From assembly GCA_001938485.1 (NCBI GenBank), contig MQRK01226569.1:1-64000 (forward strand): DNA of 64,000 nucleotides. Reading direction: 5' to 3'. Made by a program: the position numbers and the translations under genes. The notes below the pieces were generated by a model. That model did not search any database, was not told where the DNA came from, and saw nothing but the letters and a program-made list of their open reading frames with translations. Shown here piece after piece: positions 26,167 through 36,299 of the stretch (position 1 is the first letter of the stretch; each line of letters starts with the position of its first letter). Source of the DNA: Girardia tigrina (taxonomy: Eukaryota).

Positions 26167-26358
26167 CTGTTGTTTATCGTTTAGAATATTTATAATCGTT
26201 TGGTGTTTATGATATACAATAACATTGTTTGCAAATATTTTCTGTAATATTATTTTTAAAACAAGTTTTATCAAATAAAAGTTGAAAATCAAATTTTTAT
26301 TTAAACCTCTTTTAAAAGATAAATTTATAATTTTTAAAGAATTTCTAAATATTCCTTA

Positions 26359-26458
26359 TCAAACAATAGGATAGGTGGCCATAGAGGCTACCCCACATTG
26401 ATTATCTTCATCCTTCGTCATCCATATGTATCCCTCTTTACCCCAGCTTTTGCTCCAG
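26359..26458 (-). CDS. ctsl: Cathepsin L paralog C, exon 5 (last)
   Basis: tttag|[33 protein letters not shown]. Confidence 0.92.
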
Positions 26459-26504
26459 CTAAATTTTGAATAAGCGTTATCTCAAAAGTTAATGAAATAT
26501 TTAC

Positions 26505-26618
26505 CTATTTTTTACAATCCAGTATTTTTCATTAGACGTTGTGATTCCGTATCCAATTAGTAAAACTGCATGGTCTAAATTTATATTGGAGCAGGAAGGT
26601 TCATTGTAAATTCCATTT
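26505..26618 (-). CDS. ctsl: Cathepsin L paralog C, exon 4 (catalytic His and Asn)
   Basis: NGIYNEPSCSNINLDHAVLLIGYG...YWIVKNS; flanking GT-AG introns of 44 and 46 nt. Confidence 0.92.
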
Positions 26619-26662
26619 CTATCAGTATAAATCAGACATATAAATAATAGTAATATACAAAC

Positions 26663-26820
26663 TTGTAGAATTGGAATGTTCTATGTGAAGCATCAATTGC
26701 TATTGATATTGGACCAACCTCTGCCACTGAATGAGCCAAATCTTCTTCAGTTTTTTCAACATCTTTGAATGAAGTACATGTTGTAATTGCTTCAGAAATG
26801 TCAAATGTACAAGGTCCTAC
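26663..26820 (-). CDS. ctsl: Cathepsin L paralog C, exon 3
   Basis: taatag|VGPCTFD...EEDLAHSVAEVGPISIAIDASHRTFQFY|gt. Confidence 0.92.
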
Positions 26821-28108
26821 CTATTAGAACATAATTAATACTATATGATAATAAAAAGTTAAACAAAATGCAAACTTCTTGTCATTTATTTTAGTCTTTA
26901 TCAAATAGAGCATTTATATTTGTGACATAGTTACACAATCTTGAATTTCTTAAAAGGATATTTATTTGTTTAAATAAATATTCAAAAAAGCGAATTTAAA
27001 AAAAACCTTTCGTAATACATGCTTCGATCCTCCTTGATCATCATGAGCAATTTAATATATATTAGGAAAATTAATTATTTATAAGTATAAGGAAACAGTT
27101 TTAAGATTAATTTTACTTAAATTTTATATTAATGGATGATAATTTTATTAATCTTTTATTTTTAGACATTAATCATTAATATTAAATATTAAGAAAGTTA
27201 TACGTTTCTGATTGGAGATATTAATAAATTGGTTACAGTGTTTGACTACTATTTGACTACTATGTTTGACTATTCATTTTTGATTCGCTGATCAAAATTT
27301 AAATAGTTTTAAAAAAGATTATTTTGAATTAAAATCAAATTGAAAATTTTAAAAATCAAATAAGTATTTTAAATTTGAATTTAAAAACATTCTTTATTAC
27401 TAGGGCACGGAATTTAATGACCTTAAAAATCAAAAAAATGACTATTTTATTTCCTCTCTTTCCGGGTGAGATATTATTTTGTTCTTCCCCTCTACCAAAG
27501 GAGTCACCACCGTCACCAATCCGCCGCAGTCACACCACTGCACAACCCACTCTGTTATCAATGATTATTATTATTATTAATAATAATTATTATTGTAAGG
27601 ATGACTAATTATAAATAATCTATTTTATATTTGTGAAGGAAAATTTGGAATGTTGTAAGTTTGTTGTTTGTATGCTGTTTAGATTTGTGACTCTCCTACT
27701 CAGATGGGGTTAATATGTTTATTGATTGATTATTTGAATCTAATGAAATAAATTTAATGATAATAATTTTAAGTACTAATTAATTAAAGTTTTATAATTA
27801 TGACTTTTAATAATGTAAGAATTATTCATTAAAAAATCGAAACTAGAAGAAATATTTATTTCTAATCAAAATTAAATTATGCGCGTAATTTATAATTACG
27901 ATGATTGATTCAAACAATTTCAGGAGTCTATATAATCATATAATGGATCCTTTATATATTTATAAATAGAGATATGAATTTAAATATAAATATGTATTGA
28001 TATTAATTTAATTATCCTAACAAATAATATTTTAAGTAAACGATTTTAAATAAATTGAAATAAAATTGGCAAGTTATTAAAATCAAAACTTAAAAGCCAA
28101 TTAAAAAC

Positions 28109-28147
28109 GTTTATTAATTTCGACGGTTTAACCGTCATCGTCAGAAC
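28109..28147 (-). ncRNA. Minimal type I hammerhead ribozyme with an intact core
   Basis: Minus strand reads GUU-CUGACGA-U-GACGG-uuaaa-CCGUC-GAAA-UUAA-UA-AAC: full catalytic core, perfect stem II, palindromic stem III, 3-bp stem I. Confidence 0.85.
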
Positions 28148-28869
28148 AAATGATTTTTCAAACGAAANNNNNNNNNNNNNNNNNNNNNNNNNNNNNNNNN
28201 NNNNNNNNNNNNNNNNNNNNNNNNNNNNNNNNNNNNNNNNNNNNNNNNNNNNNNNNNNNNNNNNNNNNNNNNNNNNNNNNNNNNNNNNNNNNNNNNNNNN
28301 NNNNNNNNNNNNNNNNNNNNNNNNNNNNNNNNNNNNNNNNNNNNNNNNNNNNNNNNNNNNNNNNNNNNNNNNNNNNNNNNNNNNNNNNNNNNNNNNNNNN
28401 NNNNNNNNNNNNNNNNNNNNNNNNNNNNNNNNNNNNNNNNNNNNNNNNNNNNNNNNNNNNNNNNNNNNNNNNNNNNNNNNNNNNNNNNNNNNNNNNNNNN
28501 NNNNNNNNNNNNNNNNNNNNNNNNNNNNNNNNNNNNNNNNNNNNNNNNNNNNNNNNNNNNNNNNNNNNNNNNNNNNNNNNNNNNNNNNNNNNNNNNNNNN
28601 NNNNNNNNNNNNNNNNNNNNNNNNNNNNNNNNNNNNNNNNNNNNNNNNNNNNNNNNNNNNNNNNNNNNNNNNNNNNNNNNNNNNNNNNNNNNNNNNNNNN
28701 NNNNNNNNNNNNNNNNNNNNNNNNNNNNNNNNNNNNNNNNNNNNNNNNNNNNNNNNNNNNNNNNNNNNNNNNNNNNNNNNNNNNNNNNNNNNNNNNNNNN
28801 NNNNNNNNNNNNNNNNNNNNNNNNNNNNNNNNNNNNNNNNNNNNNNNNNNNNNNNNNNNNNNNNNNNNN

Positions 28870-28990
28870 ACGGGGTTGTATACAACACCGATCAGTTTCT
28901 GTGAACCCAAATATCGTCGAAATATGATTAAAGGTCTTATTTTTCGCTCATGGGCTCTTTCATCTACATATAAAGGATGTTTTAGGTCAT
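28870..28990 (+). mobile_element. Penelope-like RT C-terminal fragment
   Basis: TGLYTTPISFCEPKYRRNMIKGLIFRSW; homologous to 45640-45730. Confidence 0.75.
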
Positions 28991-28999
28991 AAAGGATTG

Positions 29000-29827
29000 T
29001 TTTAGGTCACCTTGCTGAGCATATTCAAGCTCCTGAGCCAGGTAAAGGTCGCGCTAGGCACAATGCTCAGTTGGTTGCAACTCGTGTATCGCAGACAATT
29101 GAGGCCTCGAGGCAAATTATTCAGAATTCTAGGATTGTGATCCCACTTGACGCTGCAATATTTCTTCCAAGTTATCGTTCTAGTCAACGTACAATTTAAC
29201 GAATACGAAAACAAGAGAATGCTCCTTGGCCAAATCCAAATCAACTTTCAGAAATAAATGTTCCTGAAACTTTGAGGTTTACAATTAGAAAATAATCTTT
29301 TTTGTTATACGATTCCGGATCTAATGATGCCAACTGGATTTCAGTACAACTTCAAACATAAATCTGATGGCTTCTTTTGAAAATTGGTTTATAGATGGGA
29401 CATTCTCTGCCGCCCCTCGTTTATTTTACCAAGTTTATACTTTACATGTCTTGAAATCAAACAAAGTATTTCCTCTTGTTTATGCATTGATGACTAATAA
29501 AACTCAATTAAATTACACTCGTATGTATGAAGAGCTTTTAAGACAAGAACCAAATTTAAATCCACAAACTATTATGATGGATTTTGAAAAGGGAGTAATG
29601 AACGCTGTTTTTCACTGTATTTTGAAATGCTACTGTTAAAAAAGGCTATTTTTTTTCATCTGAACCAATTAATTTTGGAAAAAAATAAAAGAAACATCAA
29701 ATCTTCCGAATCTCTTTTTAAACAATTTAAAATCTATTTAAAAAATCCGCGGTAAAGTCGTCCGCGATAAAGCCGTCCGCGGTAAAGTCGTCCGTGATAA
29801 AGTTGTCCGCGGTAAAGTCGACGTACC
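29000..29827 (+). mobile_element. Mutator (MULE) transposase remnant with a 15-bp tandem terminal array
   Basis: WFIDGTFSAAPRLFYQVYTLH, PLVYALM, MMDFE; about five copies of ccgcggtaaagtcgt at 29747-29822. Confidence 0.85.
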
Positions 29828-32800
29828 TATTTAGGTGTATTAGAGGAGAAAATAATAAGTCTCTAACGTTATATGTCACTAACACTATCTGAAACTTGTT
29901 AATATTGTAATAAAACTTTTATCTATTCAAAGAATATTTCATTTTTTTATTTATTTCATATAGTCATGTATTTGTTGTTTTTCTGATTCATATTTATCAT
30001 TTATTCTTTTCATAAAAATATAGAAAAATGTAATCATCAATTATATTGTACAATGGAGTTAATGAAATTTGGATGAAGTTTTCAGATCAGAGTTAAAGCA
30101 AATTAGAGCCCCATTCTTCCACCGTCTTTTTGAATCATTATTAAACAAAAGGTTGATAATCATTTTTGTAATGTCCGAATCGTGAGCTAATATGACCGGA
30201 TATTTCGTTTCCCATGGTACCACATCAGTGAATATGATCCTGCTGTTCGATCGAAGCAATCCATCTGATGCCATCACTGGATTGGCTTTCAAAATACGAC
30301 TGCTCACTGGACAATCTGCCTCATTCTGTAGGAGCTTAATCTCGTTCTCAAAATGCTTCAATTGATCGTCTTTTATTAACATTTTCTCAGCCATGCGCGT
30401 CCATTGAGATTCATTTTTAGATTAAATGTTATCATCTATTACATCTTTCCTTTAAGTCTTTTTCATCTCATCTTTTAGACTTTCGGCCTTTTCCGTAATT
30501 GCCTTCGCCCACTCCGTTTCTCATTTAAGAATCCAGAATTTTGTATCGTCTAGCTCCTCTGGTTCATCCACAGAAACTACAGTCATCATTGTGAACTCTT
30601 TTCTGCGTTCTTCGTTCTTTGCCTTAATTGACATTGCTGGTTGCTTCGGCCATTCTTCACTTCCTTTTGACAGAAACTCAGGTCCACTTTTCCAGATTTC
30701 ATTGGTCGTTAATTGTTCAACCGTTGCTCCTCGCGTGAGCAGATCAGCAGGATTTGACTTTGAATTCACATGACGCCATTGAAGCCCTGTTGTTCGTTCC
30801 TGGATGTAGCTTACACGATTTGCCACNNNNNNNNNNNNNNNNNNNNNNNNNNNNNNNNNNNNNNNNNNNNNNNNNNNNNNNNNNNNNNNNNNNNNNNNNN
30901 NNNNNNNNNNNNNNNNNNNNNNNNNNNNNNNNNNNNNNNNNNNNNNNATAAACATGCCGCGACGAGCTCCAATCTTGGAATCGAGACCGATTTCAATGGA
31001 GTCACTCGAGTTTTTGCAAATACTTGATTCACAACTACTTCGTTCTCATTTTATACTCTCAACTATACTGCGGTCCCATAGGCTTCGCAAGAGGCATCAC
31101 AAAACACATGGCATGAAATCGAAGATTCTGGCGAAACTCCCAGATATCGTTTGAATTGCAATCGATCTAACCGTTCCAATTGTTCATACCAATTCCGCTA
31201 GTCCTTTCGGAATTCCTCCGGCAAATTATCGTCCCAGTCTAAGTTCATGATCCACAGTTTCTGCATCAAGATCTTTCCTTTTATGGTGACACAACTCAAA
31301 AATCCTAATGGATCGAATATCCTTGCAAGTTGACTAAGTAAAGTTCGTTTTGTCATTTTTGTTTTACCATCCACTTTTCTGGCATCAAAACAATAGATAT
31401 CTTTTGAGACGTCTCATTTCAACCTCAAAGTTTTGGTAGTCGTCGCCCCTTCTTCAAACATAATATTCTTTGGTCGCTTCTCTTTCGGAACTAACTGCAT
31501 CAATTTTTCAGAATTTGAGACCCATTTATGAACTTCCATTCCGGCGTGACCCCATATCTCTTTCAATTGTCTGAACAACTTTGTCGCCTTCTTTTCCGAA
31601 TTTACAGAATCTATACAATCATCCATATATGTCGATTTCTTTATAACTTCCACCGCGCTTGAATATTTTTCCTCAAATTGATCTGCATTTATTCTGGAAA
31701 CGAGCTGTGCTAAAAACGGCGATGAGTTTAGACCAAACACCACTCGATTAAATTCGAAAGTCTTCAATATTCCGCTCTGATCGTCCTCCCATAGGAAACG
31801 CAAGAATTTTCTGTCATCTTTACACACCTCTACTTGCAGATACATTTCCTTAATATCACACGATATTACATAACGATTTCTTCGCATTCTCAGAAGTACA
31901 TCCAATAATTCGGACTGCAGCTTTGGCCCTGTGTGTAAATAATCGTTAATACATCTCCCTTGAACTTTGGCGGCTGTATCAAACACAATTCGGAGTTTAA
32001 TTTCTCCTTGGTTACGCTTGACCACAGGGAAGTGTGGTAAGATCCATTGTTGTTCATCTCTGATCACTGATCCCATTTCTGAAATGTATCCTTTTCCGAT
32101 ATATTCTTGCAACACTCTCTGATAAACATCTTTCACTTCCGGTTGTTTATCTACCATTCGTCGGAGGGATTTCAATCTATTATTTGCCATTCCAAACGTG
32201 TTTGGCCACAATTCAACCTTGTATTTCCATGGTAATCCGACACAGTATCTCTCCCCATCATAATGAGCAGTTTCCATTGCTCGATTCAGGATCCCATTTC
32301 CTTTGGTTGCATTAACTCTTCCTCTAACATCGTCGAGATTTTCAAATTCTTCCAATTTCCAGAGAAGTTCCATGTCGCTCTCTGCTTTGATTTCGCGGCT
32401 GAAATATGTACAAATAAAATTGGATTGTGTTGATTTATAGTCTTGGTGTACCTTCCCCATACACGTCCATCCCAGTGGAGTGAGACGCGCAACTTGATCT
32501 TCCGTATGTCCTCGAACTTCTTTTAGTGCTGTTTGAAATTTCAAATAATTAGCACTGATCAACCCATCAATCACACCCTTCTTGCCGATGCTCGGAAAAC
32601 GTATTCTTTTTAAATGACTCCACTTGGATTTTGTCTGATTCCAATCAACTATTTCCATCGGCCCGGTCACATTTTTCACCGCAAGTGCTGAGACACTCTC
32701 TTTAACTCATCTTCTTTCATCACATATTTGAAATCTTACTCTCTCCACCGGTATCGACCTTCTTTCTCCTCCCAGAACTTGGACACTGATCTTGGCTTGA

Positions 32801-33075
32801 TCTCCATACAGCTGCAATTCATTCGCGAATTCAATCACGAAAGTCTCTGTGCTGGCGTCATCTAATAGAAAATTTCCTCTCAGCCATTTGTCACCATTCA
32901 TCACCCACGCGCTTACGGTTCGCAGAGCAATAACTCATTATTGCTCTCTCTTTTGACTCGGTCTGGTGCTGGTGCTCGTGATCAGTGTGTGATTTTTACT
33001 TCCAGACTCATCTTGTTCATTTTTATTTCCGTTGTAGGACTCTGCATCGTGTCGGTTTTCAGCACCGATCTTTCT

Positions 33076-33195
33076 GTGAAAATATCTGCAGTCGACCGTA
33101 TTGCACGATTGTTTGAAGATGCTCTTGCAAAGCTCTGGGTGCGAGAACCGACAATCTTGGCCGAATCTGCAATATCCTCTTTCGTAATTTTTGCA
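33076..33195 (-). other. Tandem CCCH zinc fingers within the BEL/Pao gag frame
   Basis: CKNYERGYCRFGQDCRFSH (C-x7-C-x5-C-x3-H) and CKSIFKQSCNTVDCRYFH (C-x7-C-x4-C-x3-H). Confidence 0.88.
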
Positions 33196-34275
33196 TATTG
33201 ACACAGCTTTCTTCTCGGGTCCCTGATGACTTCTCTTTGATTTTTGACACTCTGTAGTCATAGAAACAAAGGATTTTTTCCGATCGTTGTTTATGATCGT
33301 TCACCTATTTCTATCGGCACTCAACATCCCGATGCCATGGACTGTCTCGGCCACCATTCTTTGGAGTTTTGCTTCCTTCTCCAGCCACTCTTTCAAAGTC
33401 ACCACTCCTTCTCCGAGATTCAAACCTTGTCGGTGCCTCTCCCACATTAGCACCATGTAAACTGGCAGTTTTTGCAACAGACTTTGGTAGAGCAGTCCGT
33501 TGCCCAATTCTCCTACCTTCCCAATTGTCCTTAATCTTAGCACAGGGCTGTCGAGCAAAGTCACAAATTTATCTAGTTGTGCAGCGGTGACTTCGGAAAT
33601 GGTGCGAAACTCGGCTACCTCCTTCATAATTGCCGAGTAGCTGCGATTTTCGCCACCATAAAACTTTTCAAGTTTTTCTAGGATAGCTTTATAAGCTTCT
33701 CCTCCAAATCAGAAATTGTGCACAAGCTCTCGAGCTTGACCCTCCAGACACTCTTCCAACTACAGCTGCTTGTCCACATCCGGAATCTCCATCTTGTCCA
33801 CACATTCATCAAAGATCTCTCTCCATTTTGAATATTTTATGTCATTTCCAGAGAACCGGGGTAGCTGTAATCGTTTCAATCTGAACGTTCCCAACGAGTT
33901 TGTTGACGAATGATTGAAACTCTTGCTTTCTGGAGCTGCAGTTGAATTCCATTTCGGATCGGTCTGCGCTTCGAATTTCAACTGATACTCATCGTGCTTG
34001 TTCTCGATCTCTTTCATCTCGTCCATCAGCTTTGCCACTTCATCTTTGTGGCCTAATTCCTTCCCCAAATTCACGAGGTCTTCGAACCTTTTCGTCGCCC
34101 TTTCGAACTCATTTTCGTAATCTTCGCCTCTCTTCAGTACTTCTTCATTCGTTCGAAGTGCCTCCAAGGCTTGATTTCACCTCCTTGTCAATTGCCGTTT
34201 CCAGTTCGGCTTTTGGTATTTTCCGTCTTCCCATTGATTCTCCGGACTTTCTACTCCCGCGGTCTTCTTATCGCT

Positions 34276-34503
34276 TCCTCCTCGTAACCGGAGCAATAAA
34301 TGGATTGTGGCGTCTTTATGGATGTTGTATTCTCCACACATTCTACCGTTCTCGAGCTGTTTCCCGGCGAAAATCAACCTCTGTTGATCAGGAGGAACAC
34401 CTTCTTTCTCCTGGATCTTGGCCTTGATTTCGTCGATTGAGTCGCTTGGCTGAACCTCCATTACGATTGTCCTACCCGTTAGCACCCTAATAAAAATTTG
34501 AGA
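34276..34503 (-). other. Ubiquitin domain embedded in the retroelement frame
   Basis: 76 aa, 52/76 identical to canonical animal ubiquitin by manual alignment; ends LRLRGG; Met1 replaced by Ser; intronless. Confidence 0.95.
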
Positions 34504-36299
34504 CACGACATCAGATTTAGTTGATCGATCGTTAGTTCAACTGATATGACGGCGCCCGCTTCCAAATTGTCCATTTAAGAGAGCTTCTTCAACGGATTCT
34601 TCTGATTTGAATTCGATGTAAGTGGAAATTAAGACGACATTCCCGTCGCATGAGGCACAATTACAGAAAATTTAGAAAAATTCTTCTTTGTTCACGAGGG
34701 TCTCAATTACATGTAGCTGGTCCTCATAATTCTGAAATCCTTCATAGTTCAAATCGGACTGGTTTTTAAATGCTTCGAACTCTAATTGCAGTCTCGACCA
34801 CTCATCCTCTCTAATGATGCGACTCGATCTCGACCAAGATTCATCCGATAACTGCACATTTTCATTGCACCTAAAATCACAATTTCTCATCTTTGGATCG
34901 GATGCTGAAGACCAGACTCTATGATTCACCGACAGTGACATCCTCAACGAAACATTCACCGAAACACAATCAAACATGTTCAAATAATACAGTGAACATT
35001 GAGGGAAAGGTCTCGACCGGGTGCTGGGCCCAATATTTAGTCGGTGGAACTCGTTACCCAAGATTCGCAAAGACTCATCATGACAAGCGCTACAGCAATC
35101 ACTATCAGAAACCTCCCCAGAAAACTTAACGCGATTCTCAAATTGATTTATGTCATCACTCTCAATCCCCATCACAACACTCACATTCAAAACATGGAGT
35201 CTATCAAACACACTCTGACACTCATCCATCAGGGGGAAGAATGCTCGAGATTCACACACAAGCCCACGACCCAGAGGACCACTCATCAACACCAGAGCGC
35301 CGCAACCACGCTCTGCTACCAGAAATGGCGGTGCGAGAGCGAGCGCAGCTTGGTGGCCGCGGCGTCTTGACGCTGGGGGTGGACTGCGAGTCGTGGGGGG
35401 CTTAAATTATCAATCTCACGGACGTCAGGTGAGCTCCAACGTTTGTCGTCCGATATTTTTGTCATTGTCGTTGGCTGATCAGAATCCGATGAGGGTTTCA
35501 TGATGGCTTCTTCTTCCGACAGTCCGCCACAACGATCGATATGACCTCGTGATCTCCCAATCGAGCTTGAGATTCGATGAGAGAATTCTCGACTCTTGAG
35601 TCCGATCATTACCTCTCGCGAATTTATCATCACCATCGTTTGACGCTTCAATTCTCAACATCGGACTCACAGTGACAATTTCCTCATTGATCGGTAGACA
35701 ATTCGAATTCGAANNNNNNNNNNTCATTACAGTCGTTACGAAATTCGTTTTGTTCGATTCAAATTGTTGAGTTTCATTCACCAACATAGACATTCAACTC
35801 TTTTTTATTTCACGTTTTATCAATTCACACTTTAAAAAAATGTCAACCCTCCAACAAACAATAAAAGAACTTCGCGCCAAAATTTTTATTTATTTATGAA
35901 ATTCAACGATTCAAACAAATTGAATCTAATAAAAATTTTAAAATTTAAAATTAAAAAAATTAAATTTAAAATTAAAAAATTAAAATTTAAAATTACAAAT
36001 TAAAATTTTTCGAAAATCAAAAAGTGAAATTAATTTATTTTGACTAAAATATTCGAGTCATTCCCAAATTGGCCAATCTATTGTTAGATTGGCCAATTAT
36101 AGGTCCAATTCGAATTTATAGACTCGTACATTTTCCTTGAAATGTTTGAGTGTCTCGAGAAAATAATGTAACCGTTGGCAGGGGCCTCGGTCTAGGTCTA
36201 GTTTGAACAGCGGCATTATGGTATTTAACTCCGGAAACTTTATGGCGAAAGCCGCCAAGAAAAAGTTTTTTTTGTTTTATTTTTTTATAACAGTAACAA

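Larger units (their letters stand above)
30155..35793 (-). mobile_element. Decayed BEL/Pao LTR retrotransposon polyprotein with N-terminal extension, RRM-like segment, ubiquitin and CCCH fingers
   Basis: DUF1759 gag (LQLPRFSGN...W..F; LEGQARE...Y...LEKFYG), protease LLDDAS, RT (LPHFPV, KLRIVFD, DIKEMYLQV, FGLNSSPF, YMDD), Pao RNase H (FDPLG, FCDAS, IPRLEL, WRHV...NPAD). All ORF pieces from 35292 to about 30950 share one frame. LTRs were not identified. Confidence 0.92.

Noticed and set aside
28046-28992. Long ORFs crossing N runs (also 15917-16444 and 42576-42887)
   Set aside because: Artefacts of assembly gaps translated as X.
29747-29827. CRISPR-like or regulatory repeat array
   Set aside because: Head-to-tail 15-mers without spacers, in a eukaryotic context, next to a MULE transposase.
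33250-33304. Degenerate CCHC knuckle suggested by ILCFYD in an alternative frame
   Set aside because: The main polyprotein frame reads through this region without needing a frameshift; no knuckle spacing is present.
34177-34506. Host ubiquitin gene (polyubiquitin, ribosomal fusion or NEDD8)
   Set aside because: No ATG, 24 substitutions versus canonical ubiquitin, no L40/S27a tail, Arg72 rather than the NEDD8 Ala72, and in frame with gag-pol.
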